Shown here one piece after another: positions 37,785 to 50,600 of a DNA stretch of 64,000 nucleotides. Within the stretch, counting starts at the first letter, position 1. The number at the start of each line of letters is the position of its first letter. The position numbers were made by a program, and so were the translations under genes. The notes under the pieces are model-generated. The model saw nothing but the letters and a program-made list of their open reading frames with translations. It ran no database searches and was not told where the DNA came from. Source of the DNA: Squalus acanthias (Eukaryota); assembly GCA_030390025.1 (NCBI GenBank), contig CM059433.1, positions 19,160,001-19,224,000 on the forward strand, given 5' to 3'.

Positions 37785-39255
37785 TATATGTCACTGGCAA
37801 GGGCAGGCATTTATTGCCCATCCGCAATTGTCCTCCAGAAGCTGGTGGTGGGCCTTCTTTTTGAACTGCTGCACTCCGTGTAGTAAAGGTGCTCCCACAA
37901 TGCTGTTAGGTAGAGTTTTCCAGGATTTTGAGCCATCAATGATAAACGAATGGCGATATATGAAGTCAGAATGGCGTGATGGGGAAATTGGAGGTGATGG
38001 TGTTCCTATGCATCTGCTGCCCTTGTCTTTCTAGGTGGGGAGGTCACAGATTTGCAAGTTGCTGCAGTGCATCCTGTAGATGGTACACACTGCAACCACA
38101 ACACGCCGGTGATGGAGGAAGTGGATGTTTAGGCGAGTGGATGAAGCGCCAATCAAGTGGACTACTTTGTCCTAGATAGTGTGGAGCTTCTTGAGTGTTG
38201 CTGCAGCTGCACCCATCCAGGCAAGTGGACAGTATTCCATCACAGCCCTGACTTGTACCTTGTAGGTGGTGGAGAGGTTCTGAAGAGTCTGAAGGTGAGC
38301 CACTTGCCACAGAATACCCAACAGCATTTATTTTGCTGGTCCAGTTCAGTTTCTGGTCAATGGTGACTCCCAGGATACTGATGGTGGGGGAACTTGACAT
38401 TCAATGGCATTGCCATCACCAAGGGGAAGTGGTTCGGCTCTCTCTTGTTGGAGATGGTCAATGCCTGGCACTTTTTGGCACAAATGTTACTTGCCATTTA
38501 TCAGCCCAAGCCTGGATGTTGTCCAGGTCTTGCTGCATGCAGACATGGACTGCTTCATTATTTGAGGAATTGCAACTGGAGCCCCACTTCTGATCTTATG
38601 AAGGAGGGAACATCATTGAAGAAGCAGCTGAAGATAGTTGGGGCTGGGACGAACTCCAGCAACAATGCCCTGCAGCTGAAATAATTGGCCTCCAATAACC
38701 ACAACCAACGATCGTCATTAACTTTACTGGGGCTCCTTGCTGCCACACTCGGTCAAATGCTGCCTTTATGTCAAGGTCAGTCACCTCACCTCTGGAATTC
38801 AATCTTGTGTCCATTTTTGTACCAAGGCTGTAAATGAGGTCTTGGCAGAACCCAAACTAAATATTGGTGAGGAGGTTGTTGATGAGTAAGTGCTGTTGAC
38901 GACTCCTTCCATCACTTTGCTGATGATTGGGAGTAGGCTGATCGGGTGGTAATTGGCAGGTTGGGTTTGGCCTGCTTTTGTGGTCAGGACATGGCTGGGC
39001 AATTTTCCACATTGTCGGGTACTTGCTGCTGTCGTGGAACAGCTTAACTACTGGCCATGGCTAGTTTTGGAGCACAGATCTTTAGCATTACAGCAGGGAT
39101 GTTGTCAGGGCCCATAGCTTTTGCTGTGTCTAGTCTGCTCGGCGTTTCTTGATGTCACGAGTGAACTGAATTAGCTGAAGACTGGCATCTGTGATGTGGG
39201 ACCTCAGAAGGAAGGCAAGAAGGATCACCCACTCAGCACTTCTGGCTGAAGATAT
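37785..39255 (-). mobile_element. Family-B CR1-group LINE, decayed
   Basis: ILGVTIDQKLNWTS, DIKAAFDRVW, PANYHPISLLPIISKVMEG. Confidence 0.85.
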
Positions 39256-39259
39256 TTTT

Positions 39260-40930
39260 GAATGGAGATGCTTAAATTACATTTTGCATCTGTTTCTAAT
39301 CCAGCATGGATGTATAAAGGATAGGACATATTGGATTAATTTATTTGAATTTTTCTAGAAAATCTCAGAGTATATAGATAGAGAATGTGATGGATGTTTT
39401 GCACATGGATTTTCCGAAGGAATTTACTAAGGTTCCATAGGAGAGCGCTTTACAAACATTAAGGTACATGGTATTAAATTAGCAATAGGTACAACAGGAA
39501 TGATATTGAAGTTTGCGAGTGTTACCAAACTACGGAGCGTGGCAAACTAAGAAAATGCAGTAGGGCACGGACAGGTTAGGAGAGTGGGCAGATAAGGTGG
39601 CAGATGCAATTCAATGCAGAGAAATATGAAGTATTAGAATTTGGGATAAAGAACCATGAAGGAGAGCATACCTTAAATAGTAAGGGGCAGAATTTCTGTT
39701 AGGGGGTTCTCCTGATCTCCCGCCATAACTATACCATTTCTGCGGAGTATCCGTCAATGTTCCACCAAAGTTAGGGTGGGAGATCGGAAGAACCCTTTTC
39801 TGAAATTCTATCTCAAAGATGCTAACAGTGTGGAGAAACAAAATGTGTAGATATGTGGATCTTTAAAGTTGGGAGTGCAGGTTTAAAAGACATTTAAAAA
39901 AAAGGCAAATAGGATTTGGGGTTTTAGGACATTGAATTTAAAAGCAAGGAAGTGATCTTGAATTTGTACAAAACTTTAGTTAGGCTATAATTGGTATAGT
40001 GTGTGCAATTCAGGGCACCCCATTCTCGGAAGGATATTAGAGCCATGGAAGGGGTACAATTATGATTTACTAGAATTATTTTGGGAATGAGAAATTATAA
40101 TTATAAAAGAGAAATTCAAAAATTGGGGCTTTTTTCACCAGAACAGAAAAGATTAAGGGAAACTAATAGAGGTTTTCAAAATTAGGAAAGATTTTCAGAG
40201 AATAAATTATGACAAGATTAACAAAAGAAGAAGTTGGAAGGAATGTTTTCCACAGAAGGGGGTTTTAGAATATGGAATGCTTTACTGCAAGTGGCTAATG
40301 AGTGAGAGATTAAAATTGAATTGGATAAGTATTTGAAAAGGAAGTCTTGGGGAGTCGGCGATATTGGGTCATGAATTAAAAATTGTCACTAATAGAGTAA
40401 GGAGTGGAGTTAGGAAAAATTTCTTTAAGCAGAGAGTTATTGGAGTTTGCCACAGGGAGTCGTTGAGGTGGAAACCAGAGGAAGATGATGACGTTAAGGA
40501 GCCAGTAAGGCAGTGGGATTCGTTTTGGATTGCTTTAGAAATTAGCTCGCACAGAGACCATGGCCCCAAGTGTCACTTGCTGCGCTATAAACACCAAGAA
40601 TTGACAAAGATATAGGGAAAGGGCAAGGAAATGGGATGAGCATGGACAGTGTGGTAACACAATACAGCTTCCTGTGACTCGAACTTTATTGCATCACTTC
40701 CTGTGATTAGTCCAGGATAAATACTGGACTGATCAGTTGGATCCTGGAGAGGCATAGAGTAAGACCTCTTTTGTATGTAGCACCTTTTTAGTTGATTAAA
40801 GCTTACTTTAAGTTCACCACGCGTAAGGCTCATTCTTACGACAGACAGCTCCAGTTGAAAAGCTAGCCAAGGCACAATGGGCTGAATAACCTCCTTCTGT
40901 CCTTTAAATTCAACAATTCTATTCTCACTC
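39260..40930 (+). mobile_element. Old CR1 fragments (several pieces)
   Basis: GATTTTCCGAAGGAATTTACTAAGGTTCC (DF.KAF.KVP), LYKTLVR region ~39960, GHELKI...RKNFFKQRVIG, tail at ~40870-40925. Boundaries approximate. Confidence 0.65.
39684..39814. mobile_element. Short palindromic MITE (~131 bp) in a CR1
   Basis: GGGGCAGAATTTC..AGGGGGTTCTCCTGATCTCCC vs rc of the right end GAGATAGAATTTC..AAGGGTTCTTCCGATCTCCC; flanks TAA/AAA. Confidence 0.6.
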
Positions 40931-42208
40931 GAAGAAACCATAATGATGGCTCCTGTGACAAGCAGATTACACACTGATGCAGCCGATTTAAGTCACACTG
41001 TTAATATAGTAAAAAGGATCTTTGTTCCACATTTGGCCTTATGTTTTACCCAACCTGGAAATGCATGATGCTGATACCAGATGTAAAATGTAGAAAATGT
41101 TCCATTGCCCAGCAAAGACATCCATCACCGAGATGAGTACTAAATACCTCATCCAAAAAAGAATTGAAAGTCATAGCCCTATCTACATTGCATACAATAT
41201 CCTGGGGTAAGTCTGATACAATATACGAAGACCAATATTAAAGTTAATCTGCTTAGTGAACAGTCAAAGTTAGAATTGTGATGATGCAAAAGCTTTGCCA
41301 TTTATTCAGTAATCTAAGCATTGCAAGTTAGCTGTGCTAGCACTAAGTTTGGATAATGTTGTGCAGGTATCATTGAGGTACAAAACTGACACTGGTTCAT
41401 AACTCCTACAGTGTGTTTTTATACAAGTTTTAGACTGCTGAACTTTCTGGGGCAAATCAGGATTAAAATCATTCTGAATCAGCATAAATTTGCCTTAAAC
41501 TTGCAGTTGCAATTATAGTTATCAATAGGTCCTATTTAATTACTTTCTAGCGTAACACATGTCTGCACAATGACCTCAATGGGAGAATCAACAGAAATCA
41601 CAGCAAGGTTACAAAGACTTTTGTAATAAGTCTTTAAAAAGTAATTACTACTAAAACAAACCTTTCCTATTCCAATTTCCTAAATTGATTTCTCCTTTCT
41701 CAAATATTTCACATCAATTTTGTTAATTATTATAATGTGTGCTTTACAGTTTTGGCAGGAAAAAGGCAAGAACAAATGCGGCAATTCTGCTCGTGACAAC
41801 AACTAAAATGCAGATTTGACTTTTTAAAATGTTATTTCCTAGTTCTTAAATATTGTATGTATTTTTTTTAATAAGGTGTAGAAAGTTTAAAGAAACAACA
41901 GATGGTTGAGAAATACTCAATCATTTTCTAAATGAACACATAAAAGGTGCTGGTGCGGATGAGCAAAATGTGATCTGGAATAAAGTTGATAGAACAGATA
42001 TCAAAATTGCATTTCTGAAGCTGTGCGTGAAGCATGTGTGTGAAACAGGGTTTCTGCCACATTTCCAATAACATTATGGCGGGGAACGGGAGTAGCTCTG
42101 AGGAAATTCCCAGCCTTTGTTTTCATTCAATTGAAAGTAGAAATGATATATTTGAGAATATATCCTGTGATACTGCTCATGGTAAGTCAGAAGATGTGCT
42201 GTTTTATA

Positions 42209-42308
42209 AGCCATGATGTGGAGATGCCGGTGTTGGACTGGGGTGGACAAATGTGAGAAGTCGCACAACACCAGGTTATAGTCCAACAGTTTTATTTGAA
42301 ATCACAAG
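42209..42308 (-). mobile_element. Penelope-like terminal fragment, sister of 18945-19125
   Basis: One substitution relative to 18944-19043 (GATGCCGG vs GATGCTGG); stops at ...GAAATCACAAG. Confidence 0.85.
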
Positions 42309-43194
42309 GACAGCAACATTATGCCAAAAAGAACACAACGTATTATTCTGCTGCTAAAATGTAGGTGTGTCTTCCTTTTGAGAAATGAAACTAAAGGAAT
42401 TAAAAAACCATCAAATTATTTTCCTACATTTTAAACAAAAATTAAAAGGGAAAAAAATAAGGAACTTTTCAAGATTCTAATCATGGCTGAGTCTACTATT
42501 AATAATGAGGGAAAACATCAAAGTTGAGTTCTAGAAGGCAGCTAGATATATATCTGAGTAGAGTAGGGGCACAAGAATTTCCACGGAGCACCCCCTAGGA
42601 GGATATTCTGTTTGTATGTGGGTTTGATGATGGAATGGAACAGCACGAACTTCACACAAGATTGTACTCAGTAAGTTGCCAATTTAAAAACTAAATGACA
42701 ATACAAAAGAAAAGTTCAGAATATAGGCCTATGACCAGGGCCACTACTTTAAGGTGACTGAGTAAGATAAATTCTGTATTTATTAAATAGAATTTTAGTA
42801 TTTTTACTAGTATTTTAGGGAAACACATTCTTCAACTTGGTCTGATGCTCTCTGAAATCCAAAACCCAAAGTCCTTACCTATCACATGTGAAAGCAAATA
42901 GTTACACAGAGTGTAGTGGGACACAAACTTGTTTTAACTTAAGTTCCAGGTACACCTGATGCTCCATCACAATACAGCAGGGTAAGTACACAAAGTGCCA
43001 TATTTCACACGTGGCATTAAGCTGAGCACCCCTCTGGCTGCTCAAGTTAATGTAAAAGATTCCATGTTTATTTTTGCAGTGGAGGATTTGGACAGTTCTG
43101 AAAAGGGAAGTGAAACACTGAAGACCTGGGAGTTATTTTGGGAGGCGGCCAGAAAAATTTGATGTTGGAGCATTTTCCAGTATTTTAGCAGCAA

Positions 43195-43760
43195 TCTTGG
43201 TTCTGAGACAAAAGTCGTCAGATCAAGGCTCACAAAGGACTTGAGCACATAAATCTAAGTTGGCACCTCAGTACCGTACTAAGTACTGCATTGACAGAGG
43301 TGTCATATTTCACATGAGGCATTAAGCTGAGCATCCCTCTGGCTGCTTAAGTCAATGTAAAAGATTCCATGGCACTATAAGAAGATCAGGGCATTCTCCA
43401 AGGGACCTGGCCAACATTCTTTCCACAACCAACACTAACAAAACAAAAGCAAAAACTGTGAATGTTGGAAATTGGGAATTGTCCCCTTGGATTAGAAAAT
43501 TGCTAATGTCATTCCATTATTTAAGAACGGTGGGAGAGATAATGCAGGAAATTACAGACCTATTAGTCTAACATCTGTGGTAGGGAAGTTACTAGAATCT
43601 ATCAATAGGGACAGAGTGACTGAGCACTTGGACAAATATGGCCTGATCTTCCTGTACTTAGACTGGCTGTTGTGTTTGCCTGCATAACAGTGACTGCATT
43701 TCAATAGTAATCAACTGGGTGCAAATGATTTGGGAATGATAAGTGCAAGTATTTTCTTTC
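43195..43760 (+). mobile_element. Deu-SINE with nested pLTR-like (~43440-43475) and CR1 (~43478-43650) fragments
   Basis: SINE body to 43440; CAAAAGCAAAAACTGTGAATGTTGGAAAT resembles 15028-15058; CR1 piece encodes ANVIPLFK.G.RDNAGNYRPISLTSVVGKLLE; SINE tail resumes ~43660. Confidence 0.65.
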
Positions 43761-44769
43761 CCCTATATCCTTTACTGTAATTCTGCATCTGAAGCCAAAA
43801 ATATTTTTTGTGTAAGGGTTACATTAAAAATAGAATTAAAGTTACAAGTAACATTCATTTTTTTAAACCATCGAAAGATAAGATTGTCGTGAGCATAACA
43901 CAACAGGCCTGTAGCTGAATGTCGTATATTGTAAATAATAAGTAGTTCTGGATCCTGCACATGGGCTACCAAAGTCCTTGTAAAACAAAGAACTGTTTGA
44001 CCGTGTCTTGTATGAACAACTTTATCCACAATGAAAATCTGTTGTCATTTAAGGAAAAAAAGACAAATCAAAGTGCCCTTTGCCCTTCTTGGCATAGTCC
44101 TGAAGGACTTTGTCTATCCACCAGGGCAGCCAGGTACCGATATCAATCAACATCTGAGATAGATGGCTCTTCTATCTTCCAATCAATACCTTCAAGATCC
44201 CTTTGAGCCATATAAAGCAATAATACATACTTATGTATCTACCATCATGTCCCATTGGTTCAAAATGGTGAGTAGAGTGCACCAGACCCCAGGTTAGTCC
44301 AGCAATATATCAGCTTCGAAAAGGAGTGTTGCAATTCTTTCAGTAATGCCCAAAACACCCTTTACCCTTCCATACTATGCCATCCAACACATCATCAATG
44401 AAGACATAAGTTAAGCGATAGTGGACAAATTTGCCTCAGTCATTTTCCAAGAGGTAGGCTCAATGAGTCTTTCCACCTACCTAAGATGGGTCTTGGAATT
44501 GGAATACACATCCTGGACAAAATCTAAAATTTAACCATACGTTTCCATAGTTTTCAATATTTTCATGAGGGTTGTGTAGAGTAAAAGCATCACAAAAATT
44601 GAAGAAAGCAATGTAAGTGGGTTTTCCCCAAGTCTTAAAATGCTTTGTGATTTTGTATAAAGCCACAATCTGCCTTACACATTCCTCATAAGATAAAAAT
44701 GCAGCCCATTCCTTTCTGATTACTCTGTGGGATGCCAAAATATGCATGCCACGAGAAAGGAAAAACTAT

Positions 44770-46030
44770 CTTAATAGCTATTGTATGAATCTCTCCAATT
44801 AGGTTTCTGCACTACCACAGCACCAATCGGGCCCGAACCAAAGTAACAAACAACATTCTCTGTGCGGGTGACCATGGTGCATTTTTCCTCTTCACCTTCC
44901 TCAACTTCTTCGCAGCTTTTGACATGGGCAACCACAGATACCTCCTCCAACACATCTCCTCTGTTTTCCAGCTTGGTGGGTCGGCCCCTGCGTGATTCCA
45001 CTGTTATTTATCCAACCGGTACCAGAGCTTCTCCAGCAATAGTTTCTCTTCTCGCCCCTCCGGAGTTCCCAAGGATCTATTCTTGGCCCTCTCCTCTTCA
45101 TCTACATGCTGTCCCTTGACAACATCATTGACATACATGGGGTTAGCTTTCACATGAAGGCTAATGACACCAGCTCTACCTTTGCATCACCTGTGTAGAC
45201 CTCTCCAGTGACTGTGTTGTCAGACTGCTTATCCGACATCCAGTTTGAGGAGCTGCAATTTTCTCCAGCTAAACAATGGCAAGACTGAAGTCATCATCTT
45301 TGGCTGCTGCTACAAACTCTATACACTCGTCAATGACTCCATCTCTTTCCCCAGCCACCGTCTAAGGCTGAACCTTGGTTTCCTATTCGACCACCAGTTG
45401 TGCTTGCGATCCCATATCCTCTCCATCATAAAGATTGCCTACTTGCACCTCTGTAACATTTCCCACCTCCTTTGTCAGTCCATCTGCCGCTGAATTCCTT
45501 ATCCATGCCTTTGTCCCCTCCAGACTCGTCTATTCCAAAGTTCTCCTGGCTGGCCTTCCATCCTGTAAACTTCAGCTCATCCAAAACTCCGGTGCTCATA
45601 TCCTATACCGCACCCATCACCCCTGTCCACGCCGGATTAGCTCCCTGTCCCCAAATGCCTCAAATTTGAAATTCTCATCTTTGTGTTTAAAACCCTTCAT
45701 GGCCACCGCACCCTATCTCTGTAACCTACAACTACCCACCCCTCTGAACTCTCTGTTCCTCTGACTCTGGCCTCTTCAGCATCCCTCCACCGGCAGCCTT
45801 CAGTCAGCTAGGCTCCATACGCTGGAATGCCCTCTCTAAACCCCTCTGCTTCTCCACCACCCTCTCCTCCTTTAAAACCCTCCTTAAAATACACCTCATT
45901 GACCAAGCTTTTTGCCACCTCTCCTAATCCCACCTTCTCTGGCTTGGCATTCATTTCTTTGGATATGTCTCACTAAATCCCTTTGGGATATTTTTCTACA
46001 TTTAAGGTAATATATAAATTCAAGTTGTGA
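44770..46030 (+). mobile_element. L2-clade LINE, decayed
   Basis: GVPQGSILGPLLF near 45062, NFLQLNNGKTEVIIFG, LIHAFVPSRL.YS..LLAGLP..KLQLIQNSGA; L2 tail. Confidence 0.85.
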
Positions 46031-46469
46031 TTGATATCAATATGTTTGCATGGTTTTCACCTCACTCAGATCTTCTCTCTTGTGAATCCCATGAGTGAAT
46101 CAAAAAAATATACACCGTATAAGGAATAATTTTGGATTTTTGTACCTGCTGCCGAATGTCTGATCACAAGCTAACATGGGCCCTTCATGATTTTACACAA
46201 GCACACAATCTGCCCATATGCGGAAACGAATAACAGTACATTCTAGATTGACGTCAGAAGAGGAATCAGTCAGTGTGGAAAGCACTGATGCTTGTTTGAA
46301 AACCCTGACATTTGGCTTTAACTCTGCAATCCTGATGACTGGCATGTTTGCCACTACAAAGACATAAGGCAAAGATTTGACTATTGCTTAATCATATGCA
46401 CTTACAACAGTTCCAAATGCCTACCACAAAACTTTCCAATGTAATGGCTGGCTTTCTTTTTCTTTAATT

Positions 46470-46895
46470 TGTTCTTGTTCCCACAATGGTGCTAGGCAGG
46501 GATGATGAAGGAGCAGCAATATATGTCCAAGTCAAGAGAGCTGCTGTCGAAGGAACGGTGGTAAATTGCTGCAGTACATCTTGTAGATCATACATATTGC
46601 AGCCGCAGTGATGGAGAGGGTAGACATGGGGTCCAATGGCAGGGATGCTAATCAAGCAAATTACTCTGCTCTGGATGGTGTTGAGCTTCTTGAGTGTTGT
46701 TGCCTCTGTAGCTATCCAGACGAGTGGCGAGTACTTCATCAAACTTCTAACTTGTGCCTTATAGATGGTGCAGAAGCTTTGAGGGGGTCAGGGTGTGAGC
46801 CACTTGTTACAGAACACAGAGCCTCTGCCCTGCTCTTGTAGCCACAATTTTGTTATGGCTAGTCAAGTTAAGCCAATGGTGACCCCTAAGTTATG
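46470..46895 (-). mobile_element. Family-B LINE fragment, old
   Basis: MKYSPLVWIATEATTLKKLNTIQSR. Confidence 0.75.
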
Positions 46896-46909
46896 GATGG
46901 CAACATGTT

Positions 46910-47641
46910 GGCCCAAAAATTCGTGAGGAAGCCTTCGTGCGAGGGTAAGGCCTCCCCGCGATCTCTCACTGCGTGTTGGCTTTTTCAGTTCCAGCTCGCA
47001 CGAACTTGATGTTCTGGACAGCTGCTGTGCTGGGCTTGCGTATCCCACCGGCGTAGTTAATTCGTGCGAGCTGTGGGATCACGTGACTCAGTTAGAGCAC
47101 ACCATCTTCCATTCATAACTTTCACATAAGTGCTGTGAAAGCTATGAATACTATAGCCCCCCAAAAGAACCGCTAAACCTCAATTAAATTAAAAAAAAAC
47201 CATCACATTAATAAAATAAGTATAGTTAAATAAATTAACCATTTTAAATAAAAAATTAAATTTTTGAAAAAATTTAAAATCTTTTAAAAAGTTATAAAAA
47301 TAAACTTACCTGTCTTTAAAGTCTCTAAAAAAGATATACCTGTTAAAAAAAATTCAAAATAATACTTAATTCACTACTTACCTAGTTAAAAGTGGGTCTT
47401 ACTCCTCCTTTTTTTATGTGTAGAATCTTCCGTACTTACCTGCGCGTTGAAACCACTAAGTGCACTGCATGCGCGCAGCCTGTCGCGCGCACGCGGTTCA
47501 CCTAGGACCCGCCCCCTTTTCCATTCACCAAGTGCCGGTTTTCAGCGCATGCGCAGTGCATGCAGAAAACCGGCAATTGGAGACAGAATACGCGAGAGTA
47601 CGCAGTGCGTACTCTCGCGTAGCGGCACTAATTTTTGGGCC
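46910..47641 (-). mobile_element. MITE related to the 16654/28090 family
   Basis: Perfect 12-bp TIR GGCCCAAAAATT; shares GCCGGTTT...GCATGCGCTGAAAAC.GGCA with ~16709-16750; AT-rich core; 16-bp perfect palindrome arms. Confidence 0.75.
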
Positions 47642-50600
47642 AATATTCTTGTATAGTGCCATTACATAGTATGATGCTGTTATGGACACTAATTATTAAG
47701 GTGGTTTTTTTTTTAAATTCATGTACAGCAAAATATGAACACTGAGGTTTGTACTGGCTACTGGGTGTCATGGTCTCAGATGATTAAGCATACACACAAG
47801 CTTGGGTGTGCACATGTGTATTAGAGAATTGCTGGGCATTCTGAGGTGACCACAGGTGTGTCAAGCATCATGAGAAATGCTGATTTTTGTCAGAAAGGTT
47901 AGAGGAACATACAATATTCAGGGGCACTTATCTCTTTCCAACAGCAAAGCATTTTTTCTAAATGCAAAAAATGGTGAAAATACTCTTCTTAAAGTTTCTT
48001 GCTATCTTGCTCTGGAATTATTCAAAAACAGTTTCCAACAAATTAAATTATTTTTGTAAGAGAGATGAAGAAATTTATCCTGCAACCTCTTCTTTACAGG
48101 ACTCCAGACAATGGCTGAGCTGTAATCATGTCAAACATGCATCAAACTCCCTCATTTGGATATTAATGGAACATCACTTACATCAATGAGCAAACTCACG
48201 AGACTAATTTGCAATCATCTCCGCCAACAAATTGTTGCTTATCCAAACATCAATTAAATCTGTTAAATAAACCAGCCTTATTGTTACTAACTCATTAATG
48301 ACTTGGACATGATTGAGTTTTGAAAAACGGAGAGAAATTGAGCACTAGGCCAAACAAAGGTGAATAGGCACTTCTGTCAAACAAATCTCCACCAGCCCAC
48401 TTTTATTTCTTGGATCTCATGGTAAAGGCTTAGAAAAAAGAACACTTTAAATCCATGTTAAAAACAATGTGGAAACCCAAGCTAATAAATACATTTGAAA
48501 CTACTAAAAGGTGAATTAGACAAGCAACTTGCTTATACTTGTTACCATCAGATCCAATCCTGCTGTTTGCATGCAAGTATCATTTTAATCTTATATTCAC
48601 AAGCAGTATTCAAATTTCCCTATACCTGTCATTTTTCATTGACTAATGCAGCGGACTCTATCCAATTACTATATTAATGGTATTTTACAAAACAAACGCA
48701 TACAGTGATATACTTCAGAACGGTCTTATCAGCCTCTACTTTAGTTATTTTTTTCCCCTTCATCAAGGTCTTTTTGTATTAAACGTTTGCCTAAATGCAC
48801 CTCACTGCCCATAATATTCCTCTACTGCTTTTCTAACCAGGCACCAGGAGGTGCTCACAAGCAGCCTCATTGATTTACTTGGCAATGTTTCCATCCTCCT
48901 TGTATGAGATACCTTAATTTGCTGCTGTTTGACAGTGGCTGAGAACTCACCATGTAAGGATTTGCTGCTGTAAACCTGTCTTCCACCACTAAACTGCACA
49001 AACCACATCAAGCAATTGTGCTGGCATTTAATTTAGAACTTTTAACATTTCTCTTACTAAAGGGCAACCGAATGCAGAAGTACTGGCTGCTACTCTGAAA
49101 CTGTAAGTCTCTATTTACTCTGCATTAAAGTGCTTGATAAGAGCAGTGGATCTTAAGTGTACCGCTGTTTGCCAAGGTCAGGAGTGCTGCAATTTCCAGC
49201 CCTAAGCCATGGGCATCCCCGATACAGGCTTGTTCCCTGGCAAGCCCTAGCATCACCTGAAGCTATATGCTGGACCTTTGAGATCAAGGTCTTCTGGCTA
49301 ACCCTAATCCTGACCGCCATCCTTGAGTCTTCAGCCTGCAAACACCGCTACTAACCCTCTGGTTTGCAGGGGTCTGGGGGCGGGTAACAGCACCAGGTGC
49401 CCAGCCAGTGATGTCCCAGAAAAATTAGGTAGGGGGCCACTTTTTCTTGAGCCGAGTCTTCTGCTCGGGGAAAGTGAGTATTCCACAGGTACAAGGGCAA
49501 GACAATTATCCCTAATATATTTTGGAGAATTGTTGAGCTGGATGTCAGTGATAGGAGCGAAACAATGTTCCTCTATCAGGCAAAATTCCCAACTCAAGTA
49601 CATCATGGAGTAAGTAGCCTTCCAATCCATGCTGTGACATTTTTCCATACAAGTTATCCTTGGGGTCCCAAGTGTTAATGCTAATTCAGTGTCAATTTGT
49701 ACAGAAGTTTCATGTAGTAGGCACAAGTCCATAAGAATTGGGTTGAGATTACCCAAGCTCATGTCTCATCAGACTTTTAAAGCGTTCAAAAAAATGGGAC
49801 TTCTCTGAGTGAGGTTCTGACTGGGCTAGATTTCAATCCAAAATCCAAAGCTGGATCCTAGCGTTCAAAGACATCATAAGTTTCTATTGTTTCACTTATT
49901 GAAGGATAACTGAAGATACGAAGAACTACTACTTTTTCTTACTTTTCACTTCAGTCTTTCGTCATTATTTATGCCCCCATTTAACTTAGTGAGACATAAA
50001 AGGCATGGCAAGGCATCTAGTATGAATAGGCACTTTGTGCAAACGGAGTCCAGTAGCGTCTGTTGTGTGAACCTTGCCAAGACAGCTCACAAAGAAAATG
50101 TTTCCGACACACAAATTAAGATGTATGCCATGACTATAAACATGATTAATACTTAAAATGCAAGCATATCACAAAATAATAATATTCAGAAATAAAACAG
50201 AGGACATAGACAAAGGAAGTACAGTTTAAAAAGTTGTAAATCAAGATGTTTGCAGCATTAGTTCCCTTTTTGAGCGTGCTTTAAAGAATTTGGAAAATAT
50301 TCAGAGATTTACGTGCTCCCCGACCTCTTTCAGTGTTGCTCTGTAAATTGCTACAAAGTGAGTAAGAGTGGCCAATAGGATAATTTTCCCTTTGCTCCTG
50401 GTGATGAAGTGCTTGGAGTCTGTTCTGAGATATCGCACAATAAAATGGGCTGAGATCAGAAACTCTTCGTGAGGGAGACTGTCAAAGTATACCCACATCC
50501 CACCAACCACACTGCGCCCACTGTACCACCCTACAGCTTAGCATTTTAAGACTCTCATCCTTTGTACACCTTCAGCCAAACTTTAAAATAATTATTTACC

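Noticed and set aside
42034..42216. 60-aa ORF with strong donor ATG|GTAAGT at ~42181
   Set aside because: No recognisable protein similarity and no clear acceptor; a donor motif alone is insufficient.
49331..49762. 143-aa minus-strand ORF
   Set aside because: No recognisable domain or splice context; likely chance.
49762..49775. Isolated CTGATGAG on the minus strand (also ~13854 and ~62435 on plus)
   Set aside because: No helix II or GAAA box follows; not hammerheads.
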